A DNA stretch of 64,000 bases, taken from positions 558,001 to 622,000 of the forward strand of contig RSEE01000029.1 in assembly GCA_003971905.1 (NCBI GenBank), written 5' to 3'. Below, piece after piece: positions 36,178-46,963 of this stretch (position 1 is its first letter; each line of letters begins with the position of its first letter). This DNA comes from Moniliella sp. 'wahieum'. Its lineage: Eukaryota. The position numbers and the translations under genes were made by a program. The notes beneath the pieces are model-generated. The model had not been told where the DNA came from, searched no databases, and was given only the letters and a program-made list of their open reading frames with translations.

Positions 36178-39100
36178 ACCCCATTTCAACCGTGCTGTTC
36201 TTGATGTGGCCTAAGCGGGTTGCTCCCATTCCAGAAGTTTAAGTTGTTTGAACGCAGGCACAATCATCCAAATCAGTGGCTCTCTCACACCTCTAGCTCG
36301 CGGGTCTTACGGGCTCTAAATCCTCCAAGAGGGTATACCCTTCAACTATATATTCAAGAGGGCAGGTCTCCAAACCTCAAGCGCCATGATACATGACACA
36401 CCGCGTGTAATTGGACGTGCCAAGGAGGAATAAGTGCTATCGGATGATAATCGTAGTGCCTTGGCAGCCTTCCTAGCCTTCGCTTGCTTCGACTGCTTCC
36501 CTCTGCCAACATCTATACGCCAGTGCGATGGGGCTTGACAGAGTTGTTCCGACCACGACGCTCGAAGTGCTCATCATTTCCCTTATACGTACAACGTTCT
36601 TTCACGCTGAAGGTGTAGATGTAACATGCGGAGTTGGGGGCGAAAAGCTTAAGAGTAAGAAAACGCTAGTTCGGGAGCGGACAGACCGTCTTATGGGACC
36701 CCTGGAGCGCAACTTCACCACCAGGTGCATCATGCATCAGGCCCTCAGGCCTCTCAGGTTCCTCTCAGGACATGGATAAGCAGGACTCCTAGTTGCGCGC
36801 TTCGTTCCACATACCTTTTGTGTGCCCGCGTGATTGCGTTTGTTGAGATCTCTTCGAAGGGGGGAATGGTCGATGGCAGCACACATACTCGCATCCGTGC
36901 TGGCAGTGCGTGAAGACATTGCAGCGAGGCCTGAGTCTGACAGCGCCAGCGCTCAACGTGTTCAACGTAGAACGTTCAGTTGAACGTCGAACACCACCTG
37001 TAAATGTTATAAAGTACGCTATAAACGTTAATTATTCAACACACATGCGCTTGCGCTCTTTCAACCTCAAACAAGCATGCACACAACATACTTCCTGCTC
37101 CAAAAATTAAAACTGACAGGCACACCCTCGCAGACAAAATGCTATTACTTGTTCGCTCTCTTCCTTTTTTCACGCAGTCTCGACCACAAAACGCAACAGA
37201 TTGCATGTGGAGAAACGTGGCGGCGGAGGAGGGCGGAGGTGGCGCCGTGCATGTCACGTGTCACATGTGGCGTACGTGACGTGGGGATCGATCACACAAA
37301 TCACAAATGGGATGCACTCTCCGACTGTCTAATTGCTATAACCGACGAACAAAACCGACAACTCCCGACATTAGTACTGAGACTCAGTACCATCAGTATG
37401 GAGGGCTAGGAGCCGGAGGAGAGACATTATCCGATTTGGAAGCGTCCCTATATAGTCTCTGTCGAACGAGAGACAGATCGGCTACGCTAGGGTGCTATAC
37501 AGTGTGACATCAGCATACGCTCATACAAGGACTGAGCGCGGAGCGTCGGCCGCGCGGACTAGTAACTAGAGTAAAGCTAGTAACTAGTAAAATGTAAAAC
37601 CAGAGTAACTAGGCAACTGACTCAGTAACTCAGTGCTCAGGACCTCAGGGCCTCAAGCCTCAGGTTTTGAGTAAGCCCTTGCACCCGTTTTTTGGCCCTT
37701 CCCGGCGAGCTGGATCATCGATCAAAGCTCTTGGATTATCGATTAATAGTTGCTGCGCTAGCCCCGAGCAGTAGCTGGTTGGAGACAGAAGGCTGAGGCG
37801 GTGAATGCGATGATATGGTCGATGACGATGATCGACGAGGAAGTAGTGGAGACGGCGATAGCGTTGAGTCACGTGCGAGCCGGGGGAAGCCCGCGGGGGG
37901 CTGGTCAACGTGGTCAACCACATCTTTCTCAAGTGGGTCTCAAGCAGCGCACAAAAAGTGGGGGAGAGCCGAAAAAGCGTGGGTACGTTGAGAAGCTAGA
38001 AGACTGTTGAGTGAGACGTTGAGGAATTGAGGCCCGCAACAATGTATAGTACGCACAGCAGGCCATATTCCGGATTGCGTTAACGCATCTGCCACCCAAC
38101 GTGGGCCTGGCAATGCTCCGTTCATTAGTGTGGAGCCCTACGAAGCAACCCCCATACAACTCCATCATTGATACCATCTTAGCTTCAAGCTTCAAGCTTA
38201 ACTTGTGACACTGGCTGAGCTGCTGAGTCGCTGAGGGTTTTGTTGGCCTGGGTTAGCATGTTAGCAGCTCGTGTATTGTCTTTCGAAGACCCTGGCGAAT
38301 GCGTGCTATGCCGACCGGGTGTTGCGGTGTTGGCCCATTCAATTTCAAACGAAGCTGGACGCCCCCCGACGAGGCTCTATAGCTGCCGGGCAAAATGCTT
38401 GATAGGCTCGAGGCACCTCTACTGCCGGTGCACCGCCACACTGCTGGCGGTGGACATACATATAAGGGCCCTGGATTATTTTGAAGCCTTGTGCTTTGGG
38501 CTTTGGTGGCACCTCAGGCATCGGGGCGCCTCTGCCTGCCTGCGTCTGCCCGTGGCAGAGAGTCGGAATATATATCTTTCGCCTCTGCCTCCGCTTGGCA
38601 GAACAGACTCAGTGGGTGGCGTTGCGGCTTCTCTTGTCTCACTCTCCCCCATCCTCTGGTGCAAGGCAGAAGGTGGGGGACACTGCCCTTCCGCCAGTGC
38701 GCGGCAGAGCAGCCGGCACAGATGGAGCACCCCGCCAGTGTCCAATCTCGTTCGACCATGCACAGTGCCCCCTCCCCTCTTCACGCGTAGCAAGGAAGGG
38801 AATGCAGCTTGCTTTTCAGGCGCTCAGGCTCAGTGCTCAGTTGCTCAGCCTCTGGGCCGTTCATCTCCATCTCATCTCAGCTTGGGTGCATTAGATACTC
38901 TGGCCTTCCAGCTGACATCGCTAGCAGCAACCACGCTCCGTGGGTGGAGCGGACCACCGGGCTAGAGACTCATCGATGAGTAGTGTACAGCGACACGTGT
39001 TGTTGAACCTATATGGTACTAACCGTCAACCCGACACTTGACCGTATAATCCGCACAGCACTTTCTTCCTCTTTCTCCACCTCCACCAATTCAAAAGCGC

Positions 39101-39292
39101 TTCCAGTTCACCGTCGACGCTGTCGTTGGCCACGTTATCCTTCCACACATCTCTCGCCAGTCCCTCCGCTCTCGTCTCGCATCCTTCTTCGACGAGACCA
39201 GATAAATCTCCTCGTTCCTCTTCATTACCATTACCGCATTTTTACTACATCTTCCCATCTCCCTTTTTCACTCCACTTGCCACGCCCACATC

Positions 39293-41071
39293 ATGTACGT
39301 TTGGCTTTTTTCTTTCCGTCCGGAGTTTTGGAGCTGTGCATACTGAACATTGAGATCCATTCTCCCTCTTTCGTGCTTTGCTTTTCATTCATACAACAGG
39401 CATTTGTGTAAGCTCAACTCCTCTTTTTCTTGGACTTTGGGCGAGGCATAATTCTGACTTCTGTATCCGATTCGCATTGACACAGACGGAGCAATCATAT
39501 TCACCCAAGACAAAAACACCCACCGCATCCCTCTTCTGGCCGCATGGGATCTGAGCCCTTTCAGCTGGCTGCGGAGGCAGCAGATGCAGGAGCAAATGGC
39601 CTCTGATTCCAAGGTACGTCTGCCTCTCTTTCCGGGAAATGTGTCAGCACATCTAATCTCACATGATATTCCTTTTTGCAGGAGTTGGCAGAGGCGACGC
39701 CACCCAATGGCCAAGTCCAGCTCGAATCCAGCGAATTTGTGGCCCTCTCCTCTGGCCGGCCAGGAGAAGATGAGCTGTGCGGGGTGATATTGACAGACTC
39801 GGAGTACCCACGGGATGTAGCACTAGCTGTGCTGGACAAGATGCTGGAAGAAATGGTGGTGCGAGTGCCCAAAGCTCGGTACCAAGGCCGCATCGCCCAG
39901 CTAGTCAACTCAAACCCGACCGAGTTCCTGGTAGACTATACGTCCGACGCCACTCTGCCCACACCCAATAAGGCGCCTGAGCCTGAAGATTGGACTGGAT
40001 GCATGCCACGTCTCGGTGATAAGGACATATTTGACCCAGTGCAAGCTGAATTCGAACGGAGACAAGCTGAGGGCAATCGTGTAGGGATTGATGATCCCGT
40101 TCTTGTTGCCGCCTTGGAGTTCCCTTCAGCACAAGAGTACCTGACCCGCTACCAAGACCTCAATTTGGCACGCGAGCTGGCCTTAAACCAGTTCGAATCC
40201 CGCACCACGGGGGGGAGGGCGTTTGGCGTAGTCTCGGGGCGCAAGTTGATGGATAAGAAGCGATCGTTCCTAAGTTTGGGACGGCACTCTCCCCGAGTTC
40301 TTCCCTCCGAGCACCCCGTACGGACGGTGCAGCACCAAGCATCTCTCGTCTCGACCGTGTCATCGCAAGTCAGTACGGCTGGCCTAAGCGACGGCACGAG
40401 CTGGACCAGCGAAGCGCATTCGGTCTCTGCCACGTCGGGGAACAAGGGTACCGACACTCCTTCCACACGACCTAGCACACTCCCTGCTCCCAGCGCTGCT
40501 ACTGCAAGCGCTGGCACCGACACCCGTGCTCGAAGCACAACGGTCACGCTAGGTGGCGCAGTGCCTCCCCTTGAACATGGCACCGACTTGAAACCGCCCG
40601 ATACGGGGTGCAAGCGAGTCTGAGTCAACTTCGCAAATTGCGGTCTCCTGCTACCCAACCCCGGATGTGGACGGCAGCGAGCCCGAGACGGAGGAGCAGG
40701 ATGCACGGACACCCACGCCTTTGGCCGGGTATGGTGCCATTCGTGCTGCCCTCGCCTCCTCGCCCACCTCGAACCGCACCACCTCACGGCTCCATACGCG
40801 CGCATCGCCTAATACGCCTCACAAGGAGAGCCCCGCACCGTTGCATCTGGAACGGCGAATGCCCGTTGCTCCCATACTGCCCATTGTCGAAGAACCCGGG
40901 GACTGTAGGCGCCCTGTCGACCCTACCCTGCCTCCTCCTAGTCCATCCTTGATCATGGACAGGCGCGCTTCTCATCTCTCACGCAAGGTCCATGCTAGCT
41001 CGGGCCGGCTGGCCATGCCTGGTCGCAAGCGCTCGAACACGGAAGGGGACGAGAATTGCATCGTGATGTAA
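39293..41071 (+). CDS. Ykt6-like longin-domain protein with long disordered tail and C-terminal CaaX (CIVM)
   Basis: Introns 39295-39399, 39408-39485 and 39614-39681 give MHLYGAIIFTQDK..LLAAWDLSPFSWLRRQQMQEQM..LCGVILTDSEYPRDVALAVLDKMLEE..QEYLTRYQD, which resembles the Ykt6 longin domain. One indel at GGGG ~40606 joins it to the frame ending ENCIVM*. Confidence 0.8.
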
Positions 41072-41537
41072 CTAGGCCTCCATCTGACGTGGTTTGCACG
41101 GTCTCGCCGGGAGGTCTTCGTGCAAGCCCTCCATCATGCCTTTTCTTGTTCACAATTCTCACACCATCCTCCACACTCCTTTGTCCTATCCCTCTATACG
41201 ATCTTGCTGTTCCATGAGTTGCCTTTGTACCCTCTGGCGTCCCTCTAACTCTCGATTCTTCACTTATAGGCTGTATGAGGATTAGCCTACACGCCGCTCT
41301 ACTTACAAAAACCTCTTTGCAAAATAAGTTGCCTCGGCCCAAATAACGGAGACACTGGAGACATGAAAAATGTTGCTCTACTGCAGGACAGATGGTGTGG
41401 TATGGAGGTCATCAACCACGGACGGTTGCCCCAATACATGAGTCGGCAGTGGGAGGAGAAGCCAGCCTCTCGTGCTTTGGGAATGGCGACCCACTCTCCC
41501 TCCTCTTCCCCTCTCCGTCCTACTAACGCTTCTGGTC

Positions 41538-41760
41538 CGCGTCGCCGACAATTTCAAACGGAACGCGAGACGCGCTCGGCGGCTGCAATTTGAAACGCCG
41601 CGCCCAGATCCGAATGCCGCGGGTGGGGGAGGAACAGTGGCCTGGTGCCCGGTGCAGCGCGTCGCGTCCCCGCCCTTTGCGCCTGCGCGCACTGCCGACG
41701 CGATGGGGCGCTGCGGGCAGGCTCGCGTATACAATAAAGACGGCGCGGCGCAGGGCGCGT
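41538..41760 (+). promoter_or_regulatory. Cluster of MCB-like (WCGCGW) elements upstream of POL1
   Basis: ACGCGA at 41563 and 41698, TCGCGT at 41662 and 41723, plus further CGCG cores within ~250 bp of the POL1 ATG. This fits MBF-type G1/S control, but the region is GC-rich. Confidence 0.5.
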
Positions 41761-41785
41761 CCTGTGCTCTGCCCCCACCACCCCC

Positions 41786-44700
41786 ATGTCCTCTCGAGCG
41801 GCGCGTGCTTCGGCGCTGCAGGCGCTTGCTGCGCGGCGCAAGGGCCATGCGCTCCCCGCCAGCGACTCCGACGACGACGGCCGCATCTACGACGAGGTCT
41901 CCGAGGCCGAGTACAGCAGCTACGTCCGCGGCCGCGTCCTCGCCGACACCTTCATCGAAGACGACGACGGCAGCGGCTATGTCGATCATGGCCAAGACGA
42001 GTGGGCCAGCGACGGCCCCGACAGCGAAGAAGAGTACCGTCGCCACTTTGGCACCGGCAAGAAGAAGGCCAAGCGCGCCCTTCCTGAGCAGGGCGACTAC
42101 TTTAGCTCCGCCCCCCGCCGCAAGAAGCCCGCCGCTCCTGCCCACAATCCCGCCGCTCGCGCCCGCACCCTCTTTGGCACGACCCCTGTCTCACACCACT
42201 CGAAGCAGGACGAGGAGGAGTTTATGAACAACATCCTCAACAATCTCGATGCTCAGCCGGAGGAACCTGCTGCCCCCTCCTGCGGCCCATCCAAGGCCAG
42301 AAGCGCACCCGCCCTCCTGAGTTTGGAGGATTCGAGCGCTTCCGCACCGCTCGGCGCGCTCCCGCTAGCCCCGCCAGCAGTGTCACTGGCATACCCAGCA
42401 GTGACCCCTTGATCGAAAGCCCACCCACGAACAAGCCCGCTCCCCGGGTGCGCATCATGCAGCCAGCACCGACGGACGACGATGAACTGAGCTGGCTCAA
42501 TGAGGCCCCTGTCCCTTCACTTCGCCAGTGACGAGCAAGCGGGCCAAAACCCAAGATTCCCCCGCCGCATTGGACGTGGTAGCAGCTGCGATTCAGCCTC
42601 AGATTTCCGTCTTTGACGAGGACGACAGCGAGGATGAAGGAGTGCGCGCTGTGCAACCACAAAGCAAATTTGAGCGGGCCACCGCCCAGTCCCGTACCCC
42701 TATGACTAAGCCTGCTTCTGCTGCTTCTACCCCTGCTGCTGCTCCTGTTGCTCATTCGGGAACGGCGACGCTGCACCAGCAAAGTTGGATATTGACTGGC
42801 GCCAGATCCATGAGGCGCTCATTATGGACGATGACGACTGGGAGGCCGACCTGATGGAGGAGGATGCAGCAATCGAGGCTCAGGCTAAGGCTCAGGCATC
42901 GGCACCGACACACACGACCCGCTCTCCGTCCCCTCCACCCGCGAAGAGGACCCAATGACCGACGTTGCTTTGGGCGACCGCGAGAAGAAGGTGCGTGAGG
43001 CATACTACGAGTCCGATGGAGGCGTCTACTTTTACTGGCTGGACCACTACGAACAAGGAGACAAGATCCATCTGATTGGCAAGCTCCGTTCCAAGACTAC
43101 CCAGGAGTGGGAGAGTTGTTGCGTTACGGTCGAAGGCATGGAGCGGTGCTTGTATGTCCTGCCCAAGCAGGACCCTGCAAATCAAGGTGTGTGTACCCCC
43201 TTTCCCACAAAGTTGTACAGTACTGACTCCCCTCTAGATCTTGAGGCGGCCCGTAAGATCCGGGAGGACAAGCTGGCGCGTCGTGCTAAGACGCGTCGAG
43301 GCCAGAATGTCGACGACATTGAGATTGATGATGAGGAAGAACAGCCATGGCAAGGGAAGTGTTCGATGAGTTTGATGCGCTGCGATCCAAATTTGGGATC
43401 AAGTCATTCCTGTCCACCTGGGTGTTGCGGGACTATGCATTCGAATTGCCCGACGTGCCACGGCAGTCCCGATACCTCAAGGTCCGGTATGGGTTTGACG
43501 AGACGCAACTTCCTTACGACTTGACGGGAGAGACGATTGCACAGGCCTTGGGCATGGAGGAGGGTGAAAGTAAGATCTCGTGTGTTTGGCATGGGATCAT
43601 CGGCATTTGAGCTTTTCCTGCTGAAGCGGCGGATTATGGGTCCTTGCTGGCTCAAGCTCAACGATCCTACTCCCCGTTCCGTTCGGGGCCAACCCGTCCA
43701 CACGGGCGACGAGGTTGTGAGTTGGTGCCAGACCGAGTTGTCCGTGGACGAACCCAAGGCTGTTTCGGTCGTCACGAGTTCAATGCCTGACGCCCCAACT
43801 GGTACACCGCCGCTCAAGATCATGTCCTTGAGTGCGTACTGTCGTTAACTTTAAAGCGAACCAGCGGGAGGTGTTGTGCGCGTCGGCACGAACGTGGTCC
43901 GATTATGCACTGGAAGACGACAAGCCGGTCAATGGAAAGTTCGAAGATCGTCCATTTGACAAGCGTCCCTCCACGGTCAAGAGTTTTGTCCGACCTATTG
44001 GAGGGAGTTTTCCCGATGGGTTTGACAAGTTGGTCAGTCGGCGACGATCCAAGGTTGTGGCTGTCAATTACGAGCGTGGCCTGCTTAATGCCCTCCTCGC
44101 TCACATCCAGGGACAGGACCCTGATGTTATTGTGGGCATGACATGATTGGGGTTTCTTTGGACGTGCTGCTGCACCGGATGCGGGAGCTCAAGTCGGACC
44201 AATGGTCACGCGTCGGACGGATGCGGCGGCGAGCATGGCCACAACTGACGGCGAACTCGGCTATCTATCTCATGGCCGGCCGGTTGCTGATGGACCTCTC
44301 TTCTGATTGTGGGAAGAGCATGATTGCCTCCACCTCTTGGTCGCTCACTGAGATGGCATCCACCCACCTTGGCGTATTGCGCGACGAGATTGACCCCGAC
44401 GAGACGGCGGGCGCGTTCCTGGATCCGGCCAAGATCTGCCTCTTCCTAAGCCATAGCGAGATGGACACGTGGCTCGTCATGGCGATTGCTGCCAAGTTGC
44501 AAGTACTCCCGCTCACCAAGCAACTGACCAACATTGCCGGAAACAGTTGGAATCGGACTTTGAACGGAGGCAGGGCCGAACGGAACGAGTACATTCTTCT
44601 CCATGACTTTTACGACAAGAAGTATGTGTTGCCCGACAAGGTTACTGGCGAGAGCGCATGCACGCCAAGCGCATCCGAGACAAGTTTGGCGTCCCCCAAC

Positions 44701-46797
44701 CTAAGGCAGTGACAACCCCCAAGGTCAAGCGCGACAAGTTTAAGGGTGGCTTGGTCTTTGACCCAAAGCGTGGCCTGTGTGACAAGTATGTACTGGGATG
44801 GACTTCAACTCGCTGTACCCCTCCATCATCCAGGAGTTCAACATCGACTTTACCACCGTTGAGCGGGTCAAGGGGGAGCCCAGGCCTGTGAGAACCAAGA
44901 TGGGAAGAAGCCCCGGCCGGGGAAGAAGTTCCGGAAGTGCCTTCTTCGATGTGGAGCAGGGCGTGCTCCCTGCTCTCATTGCTACCCTAGTTGACAAACG
45001 CCGGGCCGTTAAAGGCTTGATGAAGGACAAGCGGGCCACCAAGGCACAGCTAGCCCAATGGAACGTCAAACAGCTCGCGCTCAAGTTGACTGCCAACAGT
45101 ATGTATGGCTGTCTTGGGTTTGAGAACTCGCGGTTCTATGCCCGCCCCCTTGCGGCTTTGACCACTTTTAAGGGACGCGAGATTTTGCGGCAAACTCGCG
45201 AACTCGCCGAAGGAATCTCTCTCGAGGTTATCTATGGTGACACGGATTCCGTCATGATCAACACCAACAAGGTGACTTACGACGAGGCAATGCAGATTGG
45301 GCGTGAGTTCAAGAAAGCGTCAACAAGCATACAAATTGCTGGAATTGACATTGATGCCGTATTTGAGCGCATGCTCCTACTCCAAAAGAAGAAGTACGCT
45401 GCTCTCAAGGTCGAGGACGATGGCTCCCGCACCAAGGAGATCAAGGGCCTCGATATGAAACGTCGCGAATACTGCCAGCTTTCCAAGGATGCTTCGAGGT
45501 ACGTCTTCCTTACTCATTTTCTCTCTTTTTCTTCGTATTGACTCGTGTCCACAGCTCCGTCCTCTCCCAAATCCTCTCGGGCGAAGCGACAGAGACCGTG
45601 GTGGTGAGATCCATGAGCTCCTCCGCACGTTGGCGACCGAGGTGCGTGAGGGCCGCAAGACACTCGATTCCTTCATCATCTACAAGCGCCTAGGCAAAAA
45701 CCCTGAAGACTACCCCGATGCCAAGTCGCAGCCACACGTGCAAGTGGCGCTTCGGATGAAAGAGAAGGGGTTGTCCGCCCGGGCTGGGGATGTGATTCCT
45801 ACATCTTCACTGTTCCCGAGGGAGAGGAAGCGTCGACCAAGTCGGCGCAAGCGTCGCGTGCGCACCACCCAGACGACCTTCGTCGTGACGGCAGCTCACT
45901 CAAGGTGGACCTCGAGTACTACTCTCGCTGCAGGTGCTTCCCCCCATTGAACGTTTGTGCGAGAGCATCGAGGGTACGGATCGTGCCCGTTTGGCCGAAT
46001 GTCTTGGACTTGATGTTCGCCGCTACACTCAATCGAACGAGAAGGACGAGTCGCAGCCCAGGGAGGCGCATTTGCTCCACTCGACAGCCAGCTCACCCCA
46101 GAGCAGCGATATGGGCACTGTGACAAGCTCACCTTCCACTGCCCATCTTGCAACGCTGATACTGCCTTTGAGGGCTGCTTGCCGCCTTCGCCAAGGAACA
46201 GCTTGTCTCGGGTCCGACGGTCGCACCGGCCAATAGCGTGGGCATCCGCTGTTCAGGTTGCCAGCGAACCCTCGGACTGCCGTTGCTGGCGGTCCAGCTC
46301 AACCGTCGGATGCAGCAGCACATCAATCGCTACTATGCTGGCTGGCGCGTGTGCACCGACTCGGGGTGTGGGTGCGTTGCCGCCTACCGGGAGTGTACGC
46401 AATGCGCTGCCGTTCTCGCGGCTGCCCTGGGACTACAGTGGAGGAGTACACGGACAAGGACCTGTACACCCAGCTTTCGTACTACCAACATCTCTTTGAT
46501 CTCACCACCGTGGCCAACTCCGCGGAGGCACACAGAGCCCCCGGCGCGGTGCTGCAGCTGCGCATGCGCCATGCCCGACTTGCCAAGGTGCTCTACACGA
46601 CCGTCGACCGTATGCTCTCCCGCTCGGCGAGGCGGTACGTCGACATTGGCTCCCTTTTTGCTGGAATCACCCTTTCCGGCTCGGCGGCAGCACCCAAGCG
46701 GCCGGGCGCGCGTTCGCGTAACCCCCTTCTCACCATGGGTATCCTATCCCATTCCCATCCTGAGCCCACTCACGGGCCTTCCCATGTCCATATCTAA
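41786..46797 (+). CDS. POL1: DNA polymerase alpha catalytic subunit (family B), fragmented by indels
   Basis: [130 protein letters not shown] and two C-terminal Zn-finger Cys clusters. Introns at ~43187-43238 and 45499-45553. Confidence 0.97.
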
Positions 46798-46963
46798 ACC
46801 CTCTCTAGCCTTGTCCCCCTGTTCCTTGCAAGAATATGTTTCGTTTCCCAGCTCACCTTTATATCCATTAGCGACTGCTGCACTGTAGTGGAGCGATCCG
46901 GCGAGGGCTTGATTCTGCCCTGATCATTTTGTATTAGCAGGACAAGAGAAAAGTTGATTCATA

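Noticed and set aside
26101..38240. CRISPR array or telomeric repeats as explanation of the short repeats
   Set aside because: Eukaryotic locus with no 25-45-bp repeats separated by unique spacers, no cas genes and no (TTAGGG)n tract.
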